64,000 nucleotides of DNA, from contig JAOZSQ010000004.1 of NCBI GenBank assembly GCA_029939595.1, forward strand, positions 1,872-65,871. The letters run 5' to 3'. Source of the DNA: Thermoplasmatota archaeon. Its GTDB lineage: Archaea; Thermoplasmatota; E2; DHVEG-1. Below are positions 30,315 through 40,803 of the stretch, in pieces. Position numbers and translations under genes: made by a program. How positions within the stretch are numbered: position 1 is the stretch's first letter; every line of letters begins with the position of its first letter. Below the pieces are notes generated by a model. The model worked only from the letters and a program-made list of their open reading frames with translations. It was not told where the DNA came from and searched no databases.

Positions 30315-31523
30315 TTATGCACCAAATTTTTCAAGACGATTTGCGTTAGCAAGTGCAAGAGCTATAAGATCATCAGCAGGTAAACGAGTTCCTAGACCTC
30401 CCAGAATACATGCTCTTTCACCAAATTGATCCACTGAATCTTTTCGACAATCCTTAGACCATAAAAGAACAGGGACAGGATGCCAACTATGCATCTTTAA
30501 TTTTGAAGGTGTCGAATGATCCCCTGTAACAACAATTACATCTGGATGCAGTGCTCTTAATCGAGGAATCTGTCTGTCTACTTCTTCAATAACTGCTTTC
30601 TTCTTTTCAAAATCTCCATCTTCCCCATAACTATCCGTTTTTTTTATATGTAAATAAAAATAATCATATTCATCCCAATGCTGCTCCAAAGTATCAAATT
30701 CTTCATCAATGGACTGACCGGTTTCAAGAACATCCATCCCAATTAATTTCGCAACACCTCGATACATTGGATAAGCAGCTATTGCAGCACTTTTCAACCC
30801 AAAACATTCCTTCATTAAAGGCCAGGATGGCTTCTGAGAGAAACCCCTTAACAGCACCATATTTGCAGGGTGTTCATCTTTAAGAATCATATGTGCTTGA
30901 CTAATAAATCGACTCACAAGACCTGCAGTATACTCCGCAGAAGAATCTAACACAATTGGATCTAATGGTTTTTTCCCAATCTCTTGAGGGTCCGTATCCT
31001 TAATTTTTCCAGATAAATTTTCCCCTCTAAATACAACAAGAAATCGATGTTCTTTCACTGTTTCAACAAAAACCTCAACATTTGGAATACTTATGTTTTC
31101 ATTGAGAAGATTACAAAGATCAATGTTTTTCTCAGTAGATATTCTTCCAGCTCTTCGATCCATAACCTGATCTTGATTGTTTATTGTACAAAAATTACCA
31201 CGCGCAGCAACATCGCCCTCTTTTAAATCAAAACCAATACCATTTGCTGCAAGAACGCCTCTGCCAACCTGATATTTTAATGGATTATATCCAAAAACAC
31301 CAAGATGGCCTGGGCCACTTCCCGGAGTAATAGCAGTTGAAACAGGGGTTTGAAGACCACATACACTATCTTTTGCAAGCTCATCTAAATGGGGAGTAAA
31401 AGCGGCTTCAAGCTCTGTTTTTCCATCTTCATCTCTAGGGAGACCTCCAATCCCATCCATAATTAGAAATACTATTTTTGATTGATTTTGCTTAACAAGG
31501 GATTGTATCAATTCTAAATCCAT
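30315..31523 (-). CDS. apgM: 2,3-bisphosphoglycerate-independent phosphoglycerate mutase (archaeal type)
   Basis: IMDGIGG, TPGSGPGHL, HIKKTDSYGEDGD, TGDHSTP, HSWHPVP. Confidence 0.92.
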   Translation of the reverse strand: MDLELIQSLVKQNQSKIVFLIMDGIGGLPRDEDGKTELEAAFTPHLDELAKDSVCGLQTPVSTAITPGSGPGHLGVFGYNPLKYQVGRGVLAANGIGFDLKEGDVAARGNFCTINNQDQVMDRRAGRISTEKNIDLCNLLNENISIPNVEVFVETVKEHRFLVVFRGENLSGKIKDTDPQEIGKKPLDPIVLDSSAEYTAGLVSRFISQAHMILKDEHPANMVLLRGFSQKPSWPLMKECFGLKSAAIAAYPMYRGVAKLIGMDVLETGQSIDEEFDTLEQHWDEYDYFYLHIKKTDSYGEDGDFEKKKAVIEEVDRQIPRLRALHPDVIVVTGDHSTPSKLKMHSWHPVPVLLWSKDCRKDSVDQFGERACILGGLGTRLPADDLIALALANANRLEKFGA

Positions 31524-31707
31524 TTTTCCTCATCTCTTCAACAATACTCTATTCAATATATTAAATAGAACAACTCAAAAATACCTTCTGCTAATAAATA
31601 TTGCCTTTTTTCACAATTAAACACAAAATATCGCTTTTATATCAGTAAACCATAAAAACAAAAGCATCATTTCAGAAAGTTTTATTTCAGATATAGTTGA
31701 TTATTTC

Positions 31708-32766
31708 ATGGAAAAACAAGTAAGATGTCCGAAATGTAAAACAATTATTACGCTAAAAGGGGAACCTGGTGAAATTCAAATCGCAACATGCCCATCATGT
31801 AATCTCAAAGGTAAAGTGACATTTGACAGATCAATTACTCATGATAAAAGTGCAATTAAAGTAGTAGATCTAAAAAAAAATTATGGGGATCTAACTGCTG
31901 TAAACTCAATTTCATTTACTGTAAAAATGGGTGAAATCTTTGCATTTCTAGGGCCTAATGGCGCAGGTAAAACAACAACAGTTGAAATGATAGAGTCAAT
32001 TCGTAAACCAACAAAAGGAAATATCACATTATTTGGAAAGGACATTCGCACATCTTTTAACTCTATAAAAGAAAGAATTGGGATTTTACCACAAGAATTT
32101 CATTCATTTGATCGCTTAAAAGTACGAGAAACACTTGAATATTATCAAAGCCTCTTTAAAAAACAAGCAAATATTGATGAAATCATTGAAATGATGGATT
32201 TAAACGCGTATGAATCAAAATTATATAAAGATCTATCTGGAGGATTAAAACAAAGAGTGGGAGTAGCCATAGCCCTCGTTAACGATCCGGATATTGTATT
32301 TCTAGATGAACCAACAACGGGACTGGATCCAAAAGCAAGACGTGAAGTTTGGAATGCCATTGCAGATTTAAGAAACAGAGGGAAAACAATTTTTTTAACC
32401 ACACATTACATGGAAGAAGCAGAATTTCTTGCAGATCATATAGCAATTATCCATAAAGGATCAATCATTGCAGAAGGAACATTGGAAGAACTGATGAAGC
32501 AATATGGAAAAAGCAGTATGCTTCATATAAGAAATTGTAACCACCCACAAATAATTCAACTGTTAAGCAAGCAAGGGTTTAATGCAACAAAAAAGGATAA
32601 GGGAACAATTTCAATAAACATTGAATATACGGATAAAATCCTTGAAATATTATCATGGCTTCGTCATGAATGTATTGAATTTGGAGAAATTGATATTAGA
32701 CGTCCAAATCTTGAGGAAATATTTTTACATTTAACTGGTGCAAAACTTGGAGGGGAAAATACATGA
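31708..32766 (+). CDS. ABC-2 exporter ATPase with N-terminal zinc ribbon
   Basis: CPKC...CPSC N-terminus; GPNGAGKTT, LSGG, FLDEPT, TTHY. Confidence 0.9.
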   Translation: MEKQVRCPKCKTIITLKGEPGEIQIATCPSCNLKGKVTFDRSITHDKSAIKVVDLKKNYGDLTAVNSISFTVKMGEIFAFLGPNGAGKTTTVEMIESIRKPTKGNITLFGKDIRTSFNSIKERIGILPQEFHSFDRLKVRETLEYYQSLFKKQANIDEIIEMMDLNAYESKLYKDLSGGLKQRVGVAIALVNDPDIVFLDEPTTGLDPKARREVWNAIADLRNRGKTIFLTTHYMEEAEFLADHIAIIHKGSIIAEGTLEELMKQYGKSSMLHIRNCNHPQIIQLLSKQGFNATKKDKGTISINIEYTDKILEILSWLRHECIEFGEIDIRRPNLEEIFLHLTGAKLGGENT

Positions 32767-33878
32767 ATTACCGGTTTATAATCAATGATTTTGTAGTAAG
32801 TTTCAAACAATGGATTAGATCTAGAGGAACAGTTTTCTGGACATTATTATTTCCAATTCTATTAATCTTAATATTCGGGGCGATTTTCTTAGGATCAGAT
32901 GATATTTCATATAATTTGTATGTACAAGATAATGATGATTCTATGTCATCTACTCAGTTTATTGGAATTCTAGAAAACATTTCAGTTCTAAATATTAAGA
33001 CTATTGATAACTCAGAAGACATTAAAGAATATATGAAGGATAATGATATTTCAACTGCGATAATGATCCCGCAAGGTTTTGAACAAACCATATTTCAATA
33101 TAAGACAAATCCTGATGATGAAATACATATAGATATAACCTTTTTTTATGATCCATCTGAACAATCAACAATGTCAGTTATGCAAAATATTTTATCAAGT
33201 ACAATTTATGAATATAATTTAATTCTAGAAGAAAGTCATAAAGTTATTGGAATAAGTCAAGAAACAACTCTGCAGGAAGATTTTAGTTACATTGATTTCT
33301 TTATACCTGGTATCATTGGTCTTACAATAATGAACTCTTGCATTTATGGAAGTATTGAACGAAATACCAAATTTCGAAAAGCAGGGATCTTGCGAAAAAT
33401 GTTAACAATGCCTGTTAGTAGAACAGAATGGATAATTGCAAAGATGTTATTTATGCTGTTTTTATCATTCCTTTCAACATTTGTTATTCTGATATTTGGC
33501 GTACTTGTTTGGGATCTTAGTATACATATCACACTTTTTGCATTTATCCTAGTAATTGCTACAAGTTTCATGTTTTCAGGGATGGGAATGATTATTAGTA
33601 GATTTGTAAAAGATGAAGAAACTGCTGATATGGCAGGTGGTGCGATTTCATTTCCTATGATGTTTCTAGCTGGAACCTTTTTTCCATTAGAACAAATGGA
33701 TCATATACTGCAAATAATTGCACAAGTTCTCCCCCTCTATTATGTTAATGAGGGTTTGAGAAATGCGATGGTATATGCAAATTTTGATAAAGCTTTATGG
33801 TTCACAGGAATTGTATCAATCTTTGCAATAGTATTTTTCATGGCAGGGGCATTATTAACTAAATGGGATGAAAATTAA
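32763..33878 (+). CDS. ABC-2 type permease
   Basis: FWTLLFP, FFIPGIIG, FPMMFLAGTFFP; ATGA overlap with the ATPase. Confidence 0.9.
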   Translation: MNYRFIINDFVVSFKQWIRSRGTVFWTLLFPILLILIFGAIFLGSDDISYNLYVQDNDDSMSSTQFIGILENISVLNIKTIDNSEDIKEYMKDNDISTAIMIPQGFEQTIFQYKTNPDDEIHIDITFFYDPSEQSTMSVMQNILSSTIYEYNLILEESHKVIGISQETTLQEDFSYIDFFIPGIIGLTIMNSCIYGSIERNTKFRKAGILRKMLTMPVSRTEWIIAKMLFMLFLSFLSTFVILIFGVLVWDLSIHITLFAFILVIATSFMFSGMGMIISRFVKDEETADMAGGAISFPMMFLAGTFFPLEQMDHILQIIAQVLPLYYVNEGLRNAMVYANFDKALWFTGIVSIFAIVFFMAGALLTKWDEN

Positions 33879-35965
33879 CGATACTGCTTAGGTAAAATGA
33901 AATGTGTGTTTTTGAAAAATGAAAAATCCATATGGTCCCAGTCATCAAAGTCACCTGGACCATGTGATCCATCTGAAAAACCAAGAATCAGATATGTATA
34001 AAAATAATTCATACAACTTCTATAATTCAGATATTTAAACCATTGAATAGTAAATGGCAAGGTAGCAATTTTATTATCATTTCCGCCATGATCATCAACT
34101 GTTAAACCAAGAGTGTGGCCAAGTTCATGAATGGATGCACCTATTATGAATCGTTGCCTAGGATATGGTATTTCAAATTGATTTTTCAAAATATCAGCAG
34201 ATATGCAAAATGAATCAAGAGCATCACACCCGATAAAGGAAAAACCGCTTGAAGGTCCATAATCACAAATTAGTCCATAATGAAAAATTCCTTTTCGTGG
34301 ATTATTAATATCATTATGTAAAAAATAATCCCAATAGAAATCTTTTAAATCTGCAAAAGAAAAATTTGAGGTGTACGGTATTTGCTCTCCACCATCTAGA
34401 TTCCCTACATCAATGTGCAATGAGATATTATTTTCCTTAAAAATTTCAACAGCTTTTTTGATATACTCTTCACTTGGTTTATTTGATTCAGTTGAATTTG
34501 ATTGTGATTCTATCCAATCAAACTCTAAAAATATATCCTTTTGAAATGGATGCGAACCATATTGATCAGTATAACATTCCTCAACATTGGATAAACCATC
34601 ATTATCTGGATCTAAATTCAAATGATTGTCAAAAACCGATGGGTTATATCCATATTTTGTTTCCCATAAATCAGCAGCACCATCTCCATCTGTGTCTTTT
34701 CCTGAGATTGAAGAATATCGATCAATTGATCTATCATTATATGGAATATTATCAAATAGAGGTGCTTTCCATGATGCTCCATTTTGTTCAATTTTATTAA
34801 ATTCCCAAGGTATAAAATCCACTTGACTCTTTTTTTGTTTAATATTATCTTGTTGATTTCTTTCTATAAAACCTGGTCCAAATTGTGACCCCCACCAATT
34901 CTTCTCAGCATCACAAATGGCACGTTCTGAGTAAACACCACAAATTGAGTTGTATATATTATTCTTTTGAAATGATATCTGACTTTGGGAATTGTAGATA
35001 CTTATTCGTAGATTCTTCGAAATATTGCAATGTTTAATGGATATATTTTGGGATTGATCCATAATTAAAAATCCTGCATGGGTGTTATATGAAATTGTTG
35101 AATGTTTAATAGATATATTTTGACAAAAGGAACTTTTCAATCCAAAGCCATTATGGGATATAATGCAATTATCGAAAGAAATTGAATTGCACGATTCTAA
35201 AAAAAATCCTCCTTGATTGTCATTGTTATTGTACGCAGCAGATTTTGTTATTGACATTTCTGATGATTTTTCAATATAGTAACCAATGCCATTTGTATGG
35301 GCTAAACAACCTGCAATAGAAGTATTTGTTGAATCTATGATTTGGATTCCAATTCCATTATGAAAAAATGAGCAGTTGGTAATGGTTGTATCTCTGGAAT
35401 TGACAAGAGATATTCCGGCCCCATTAGTTTGAAAATGATGATTTTTGATGCTGTTGTTTGTTTGATTGCTGATATATATGCCATTTTTCGTTCGATAAAA
35501 TTGGCAATTAACTATTGTGTTGTTGGATGATTCAAGTAAAATTCCAGAATCATGTATATTTCCTCCTGAATTTTGTAAAGTAATATCTGAGATTGTTATG
35601 TGATCTGATTGCAAATGTAATATTGATGAATGATAATCTCCATCAATAATGGTTGTATTTTTCTGTTGACCTATTAATGTTATCTGTTTAGAAATAAGGA
35701 TGTTTTCGTGATATATTCCCTGAAAAATATAGATGACATCTTCCTCATCTGCATGATGAACCCCATCTTTGATGAATTGATATGGTCTATCAATTGATCC
35801 ATCCCACGGGCCATTGGAATTGGCTCCATCAACATAAATTGTATGGTCTAAGATGATCTGTTCAATTTGTTTTATATCTTCTGAAATGATGCCATTACTT
35901 GAGATTAACGAAGTGGAAAATAACAATAATATCAATACATATGAAAAATATCTATTTATGCCCAT
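33875..35965 (-). CDS. Exported beta-helix (NosD-like) protein with C-terminal zincin-like domain
   Basis: Beta-helix repeats; DTDGDG..D.WE and DPDNDG Ca-binding-like loops; HELGHTLGL..DDH; SCMNY. Confidence 0.75.
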   Translation of the reverse strand: MGINRYFSYVLILLLFSTSLISSNGIISEDIKQIEQIILDHTIYVDGANSNGPWDGSIDRPYQFIKDGVHHADEEDVIYIFQGIYHENILISKQITLIGQQKNTTIIDGDYHSSILHLQSDHITISDITLQNSGGNIHDSGILLESSNNTIVNCQFYRTKNGIYISNQTNNSIKNHHFQTNGAGISLVNSRDTTITNCSFFHNGIGIQIIDSTNTSIAGCLAHTNGIGYYIEKSSEMSITKSAAYNNNDNQGGFFLESCNSISFDNCIISHNGFGLKSSFCQNISIKHSTISYNTHAGFLIMDQSQNISIKHCNISKNLRISIYNSQSQISFQKNNIYNSICGVYSERAICDAEKNWWGSQFGPGFIERNQQDNIKQKKSQVDFIPWEFNKIEQNGASWKAPLFDNIPYNDRSIDRYSSISGKDTDGDGAADLWETKYGYNPSVFDNHLNLDPDNDGLSNVEECYTDQYGSHPFQKDIFLEFDWIESQSNSTESNKPSEEYIKKAVEIFKENNISLHIDVGNLDGGEQIPYTSNFSFADLKDFYWDYFLHNDINNPRKGIFHYGLICDYGPSSGFSFIGCDALDSFCISADILKNQFEIPYPRQRFIIGASIHELGHTLGLTVDDHGGNDNKIATLPFTIQWFKYLNYRSCMNYFYTYLILGFSDGSHGPGDFDDWDHMDFSFFKNTHFILPKQYR

Positions 35966-36047
35966 AATATCATATTATATTACAGATGTCCAATATATAA
36001 ATATATGTTTATCATTTTATAAAAAAAGAAAAAATGAGTACTGATTT

Positions 36048-36299
36048 TTATTCGTCTCCTGAGAGACTCCTAGTACTAATTAATGTTTTTGAATCAGACA
36101 CTCCTTTTAATGAACGGATTTTTTTCAGAACAACGTCACCTATCATATTGATGTTTTCAGTACGAATTTTAATTAAGATATCATATTCACCAAATAATGG
36201 ATGAACTTCAACTATCTCTTCAATTTCTTTATCAAGTGCTCTGAACACTTCTTTTTCATAAAGTGGGCTTATTGATAGTAATGCAAATCCAGTTGCCAT
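36048..36299 (-). CDS. Stand-alone Lrp/AsnC ligand-binding domain protein
   Basis: EVHPLFGEYDILIKI...IRSLKGVSDSKTLI; 83 aa. Confidence 0.85.
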   Translation of the reverse strand: MATGFALLSISPLYEKEVFRALDKEIEEIVEVHPLFGEYDILIKIRTENINMIGDVVLKKIRSLKGVSDSKTLISTRSLSGDE

Positions 36300-36440
36300 G
36301 CAATTCCGAATAAAATCATATGATATTAGTGTTTTGATGTTAATTCATGATTTTCGAATTCATGAGAAAATTTATTTTTTATGGAATATAAAAAACACTT
36401 TTATATACCCTGTAGAAATATCGATGAATAAAATGAAAAG

Positions 36441-37442
36441 GTGATTGAAATAATGAATCCCATAAAAAAAATGATTTTGCCAATATCTGTACTATTTTTA
36501 ATATTGGCAATATGTACCCCGTTAACAATGGCTGATGAGAATAAAGATATTACAGATGATACTGATGATGTAATTTATACCAATGCATTAGCTGAAACAG
36601 AAGATATGTTGGAATATGTAAGCAGACCTAATGTTGATATTGTAAAAATAACCTATATTCATTCTGATAATTCAGAAGAAGCTACACTGATCCTGGAAGT
36701 TGGTGGAATCATCGAAAACATTAACGATTTTGAAAATCCAGATCTCGATGATCTAAATATTACTGGAAGAACAATTACATATGTGATGGATTTAGAGACA
36801 TCTAAAAAAACATATTCAATAGAATATTTAAATGAAACATGTAGTGTTAATGGAGAAACCGCAAGTTTTGAAGTTGATGGATCTACATTATCAATAACTT
36901 TTAATTTAACTGCATTCAATGAAACATTTGTCTCATTGATTGGATATACCACTGAGTTTGAATTAGCATCGTTAATGGATATGAAGATTTATATGGATGT
37001 AGCACCAAATTCGGCATTGTTTATCGCAACGATTGATGCAGATTATACTGGAGAAGTAAATGAACAAATATCCTTTTCTGGTACATATGACGATTTATTA
37101 GAGTTGTCTACTGGACCATATACTTATACATGGGACTGGGACGATGGAAGTCCTGATGAAACAGGCCAAAACCCAACACACACATTTAATACACCTATAC
37201 CATATAATGTTACATTAACTATTGAAGATTCGTCAGGTTTAAGTGCTTCTGCGACTCATCGAATTACAATTTCTGAAGGGTCGAGCAGTTCCAATAATGG
37301 AAATGGCGATAATGGTGATAATGGTGATAATGGTGACGACTCATCAGACGATGATGGATCAAGTATGATGTTATTTGTAGGTGTTGTTATCGTTATTGTT
37401 ATTATTGGAGTAATTGCTCTTTTAGTGGTTATAAGGCGTTAA
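36441..37442 (+). CDS. Acidic exported PKD-domain protein with C-terminal TM anchor
   Basis: Signal peptide, YTWDWDDG...NPTHTF..Y.VTLT, G/D/N linker, TM plus RR. Confidence 0.8.
   Translation: MIEIMNPIKKMILPISVLFLILAICTPLTMADENKDITDDTDDVIYTNALAETEDMLEYVSRPNVDIVKITYIHSDNSEEATLILEVGGIIENINDFENPDLDDLNITGRTITYVMDLETSKKTYSIEYLNETCSVNGETASFEVDGSTLSITFNLTAFNETFVSLIGYTTEFELASLMDMKIYMDVAPNSALFIATIDADYTGEVNEQISFSGTYDDLLELSTGPYTYTWDWDDGSPDETGQNPTHTFNTPIPYNVTLTIEDSSGLSASATHRITISEGSSSSNNGNGDNGDNGDNGDDSSDDDGSSMMLFVGVVIVIVIIGVIALLVVIRR
37308..37334 (+). repeat. In-frame (GATAATGGT)x3 repeat encoding a DNG linker
   Basis: Three perfect 9-bp copies just before the TM anchor. Confidence 0.85.
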
Positions 37443-37468
37443 TCGCCTCTTTTTCCCTTTCTTTTTTT
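37434..37468 (+). terminator. Hairpin plus pyrimidine/T-tract terminator
   Basis: AGGCG-TTAAT-CGCCT followed by CTTTTTCCCTTTCTTTTTTT at the gene end. Confidence 0.5.
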
Positions 37469-37529
37469 CGTTTTAGGATAGTTTTTTATTATAGTTCTAT
37501 GTTTCCTGTTTTAATTTTGAGGAATTGGC

Positions 37530-38873
37530 ATGGATGAAGAGAAATCAGAGTTTGGATATACAAAAAAATCTGCTTGGGAATGTTTTTCAGATGAACAGAT
37601 CCAAGAAGCTTATTCATTTTGTGAGGGTTATAAAGATTTTTTAGGAAAAGTTAAAACTGAACGCGAGGCAATTGATGTAATATCAAAAATAACTGAACAT
37701 CATAACAGAAAAACCTATGTCAATAAACATGCATCCGCTGCAATTATTACAAAAGGTTTAAAACCTCTTTCTGAGGGTTTGCGAATAATTATTTCACATG
37801 TTGATTCTCCTCGCCTTGATTTAAAACAGATCCCTCTTTTTGAGGATTCTGAAAGCAATCTTGCAATGTTTCAAACACATTATTATGGTGGAATTAAAAA
37901 GTTTCAATGGGTGACTATTCCTCTTTCAATACATGGAGTTGTAATTAAAAAAGATGGATCAAAAGTAACATTTAGTCTTGGTGAAGACATTAATGATCCA
38001 GTTTTTTTTGTTCCTGATTTACTTCCTCATCTTTCCCATAAAATTCAAGATAATAAGAAATTGAAGGATGCTATTCAGGGTGAATATCTGGATTTAGCTA
38101 TTGGAACAAAATTAGATAAAAATAGTGAAAAAAATAAATTAAAAAATGCGATTTTAAATAAGCTTCATGAAGAATATGGATTGATTGAAGAGGATTTTAT
38201 TTCTGCTGAGCTTGAAATTGTCCCCTCTTTTAAGCCTCGGGATGTTGGTTTTGATCGATCAATGATTGGTGCTTATGGCCAGGATGATCGTGTTTGTGCA
38301 TATACTTCGTTAAAAGCAGTATTAGATGTTGAAAATCCAAATTATACATCGATTGTTTTATTTGTTGATAAAGAGGAAATCGGAAGTGAAGGGAATACTT
38401 CTGCGCAATCAGCAACATTTTTACGATCATTAATTACAGAAATTGACCCTAATGTGGATATTGATAAAGTTATGCTTAATTCAAAAGTGATTTCCGCAGA
38501 TGTTGATGCAGCTATCACGCCTAATTATACAGAGGTCTTTGAATTAAAAAATGCATCTGCAATTGGAAAGGGAATTTCCATGTCAAAATATACCGGACAT
38601 GGTGGGAAATATAGTGCAAATGATGCATCAGCAGAATACGTCGGTGAAATTAGAAGGATGCTTAATGATCATCAGATCCCATGGCAAACAGGAGAATTAG
38701 GGAAGGTAGATAATGGTGGAGGTGGAACGGTTGCAAAATATTTTTCCAGACTTGGAATGTCAGTTATTGATGTCGGACCTCCGGTTCTCTGTATGCATGC
38801 GCCATTTGAAATCACAAGTAAATTGGATGTATATGCCTGTTATTTAACATATAAAGCATTTCTTACACAATAA
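37530..38873 (+). CDS. M18 family aminopeptidase
   Basis: SHVDSPRL, YYGGIKKFQW, GQDDR, DKEEIGS, SADV, MHAPFE. Confidence 0.92.
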   Translation: MDEEKSEFGYTKKSAWECFSDEQIQEAYSFCEGYKDFLGKVKTEREAIDVISKITEHHNRKTYVNKHASAAIITKGLKPLSEGLRIIISHVDSPRLDLKQIPLFEDSESNLAMFQTHYYGGIKKFQWVTIPLSIHGVVIKKDGSKVTFSLGEDINDPVFFVPDLLPHLSHKIQDNKKLKDAIQGEYLDLAIGTKLDKNSEKNKLKNAILNKLHEEYGLIEEDFISAELEIVPSFKPRDVGFDRSMIGAYGQDDRVCAYTSLKAVLDVENPNYTSIVLFVDKEEIGSEGNTSAQSATFLRSLITEIDPNVDIDKVMLNSKVISADVDAAITPNYTEVFELKNASAIGKGISMSKYTGHGGKYSANDASAEYVGEIRRMLNDHQIPWQTGELGKVDNGGGGTVAKYFSRLGMSVIDVGPPVLCMHAPFEITSKLDVYACYLTYKAFLTQ

Positions 38874-39047
38874 AAAATATTCATACTATTTAAAACATGA
38901 AACATTAAAAGTATTTAAATTACCTGGAAAAATATATATAATAGTGATGTTTAACATATCATGTTTGCGTAAGTTTTATATGGTACTTATTTTATTTGCT
39001 TGAAAGCGTATCATACTTTAATGATCTGGTGAAAGAGGTTTTTTTAA

Positions 39048-40001
39048 ATGATCCAAACAAAATCTAGAAAAAATAAGAATAAACAAAATATTGAGGAAAT
39101 CACTCGATGTCCTGAATGTAGTAGTACCCATTTAACAAGGGATTATTCAAGGGGAGAATTGGTTTGTGAGGAATGTGGTCTAGTTATTGATGAAGATTTT
39201 ATAGATCATGGGCCTGAATGGCGTGCATTTGATAGTGATCAGCGAGAAAAACGTGCTCGTGTTGGAGCTCCTATGACATATACTATTCATGATAAAGGTC
39301 TTTCAACAATGATTGGGTGGAAAAATCGTGATTCATATGGAAAATCCATTCCAACAAGAAACAGAGCACAATTATATCGATTAAGAAAATGGCAACGACG
39401 TATAAGAATCAGTGATGCAACAGAACGGAATCTTGCATTTGCATTATCTGAACTTGATCGAATGGCATCAGGTATGGGCCTTCCTCGTAATGTTAGAGAA
39501 ACTGCTGCAATGATTTATAGAAAGGCAGTTCTTAAAAACTTAATTCGTGGGCGAAGTATTGAAGGTGTTTCAGCAGCAGCATTATATGCAGCATGTCGAC
39601 AGTGTAATGTCCCTCGTACTCTTGATGAAATCGCAAATGCATCCAGAGTTTCAAGAAAGGAGATCGGTCGAACATATCGATTCATCGCAAGAGAACTAGG
39701 ATTAAAACTTATGCCAACTTCTCCACAGGATTATATCTCAAGGTTTTGCAGTGAACTGAAACTCAGTGGTGATGTTCAAGCAAAATCAATTGAAATCTTA
39801 AAGGATGCAGCAGATAAGGAACTTACAAGTGGTCGAGGACCAACAGGTGTGGCAGCAGCATCAATTTATATTTCTTCAATTCTATGTGGTGAACGAAGAA
39901 CCCAAAGAGAAGTAGCAGATGTCGCAGGTGTTACTGAGGTTACGATTCGAAATAGATATAAAGAACTTGCAGAGAGATTAGATATAGATATCATTCTCTA
40001 A
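39048..40001 (+). CDS. tfb: Transcription initiation factor IIB
   Basis: CPEC..CEECG zinc ribbon, GPEWRAF, two cyclin repeats, [13 protein letters not shown]. Confidence 0.97.
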   Translation: MIQTKSRKNKNKQNIEEITRCPECSSTHLTRDYSRGELVCEECGLVIDEDFIDHGPEWRAFDSDQREKRARVGAPMTYTIHDKGLSTMIGWKNRDSYGKSIPTRNRAQLYRLRKWQRRIRISDATERNLAFALSELDRMASGMGLPRNVRETAAMIYRKAVLKNLIRGRSIEGVSAAALYAACRQCNVPRTLDEIANASRVSRKEIGRTYRFIARELGLKLMPTSPQDYISRFCSELKLSGDVQAKSIEILKDAADKELTSGRGPTGVAAASIYISSILCGERRTQREVADVAGVTEVTIRNRYKELAERLDIDIIL

Positions 40002-40012
40002 ACCCTTTTTTT

Positions 40013-40624
40013 ATGACTCGATGGTATACAGAAAAGAAAAGAGAGCATTATTACAAGGATGCAAAGAAACAGGGTTATCGAGCAAGATCGTCCTATAAAT
40101 TAATACAAATTCAGAAAAAATTTCAGATTATATCAAAGGGTGATTATGTTCTTGATCTTGGTGCAGCGCCTGGTGGTTGGAGTCAAGTAGCTGAGGAATA
40201 TTGTGGTTCAGATGGACAGGTCATTGGAATTGATTTATCAAGAATATATTCATTAAAAAATGTGATTTTTTTAAGAGGTGATGTAACAGAGGAATCAACG
40301 ATTTCTCTTATAAAAGATACAATAGAGCCTCATCCCGTTAATGTTGTTTTATCAGATATGGCACCGAATATTTCTGGGAATTATTCTCTTGATCATGCTC
40401 AAAGTATCTATCTATCGAATCATGCATTAAATGTGGCAACTACACTTTTAGAAAATAAAGGTCATTTTGTTTGCAAACTTTTTATGGGCGAATCCTTTGA
40501 AGATTTTTTAAGTTCTGTAAAAAAATGTTTTAGAAAGGTTCAATGTTTTTCACCTCAAGCTTCTAGAAAGAGTAGTAGTGAAACATATATTGTTGCTAAA
40601 TCATTTAATAAAGATAAATCTTAG
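40013..40624 (+). CDS. rlmE: 23S rRNA U2552 2'-O-methyltransferase RlmE/FtsJ
   Basis: YRARSSYKL, DLGAAPGGWSQ, SDMAP, ASRKSSSETY. Confidence 0.93.
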   Translation: MTRWYTEKKREHYYKDAKKQGYRARSSYKLIQIQKKFQIISKGDYVLDLGAAPGGWSQVAEEYCGSDGQVIGIDLSRIYSLKNVIFLRGDVTEESTISLIKDTIEPHPVNVVLSDMAPNISGNYSLDHAQSIYLSNHALNVATTLLENKGHFVCKLFMGESFEDFLSSVKKCFRKVQCFSPQASRKSSSETYIVAKSFNKDKS

Positions 40625-40803
40625 AAATAATGGCCTGTAAAATATCATTATATATTCGAAATTGCAACGTTTATAAAAAATAGTTGAACTGTAACTATTG
40701 TTAACTCAATGCATTTTTCTAGGGAAAACTTATAAATCATGAAAAGTCATTAATAATACGTATTAGATGACCCTATTAAAGGCCAAAAAAAAGGGGAATA
40801 GTA

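Noticed and set aside
40680-40698. Palindrome ATAGTT-GAACTGT-AACTAT sharing TTGAACTGTA with the 6111 inverted repeat
   Set aside because: One shared 10-mer in 64 kb of AT-rich DNA is near chance expectation; there is no third copy.
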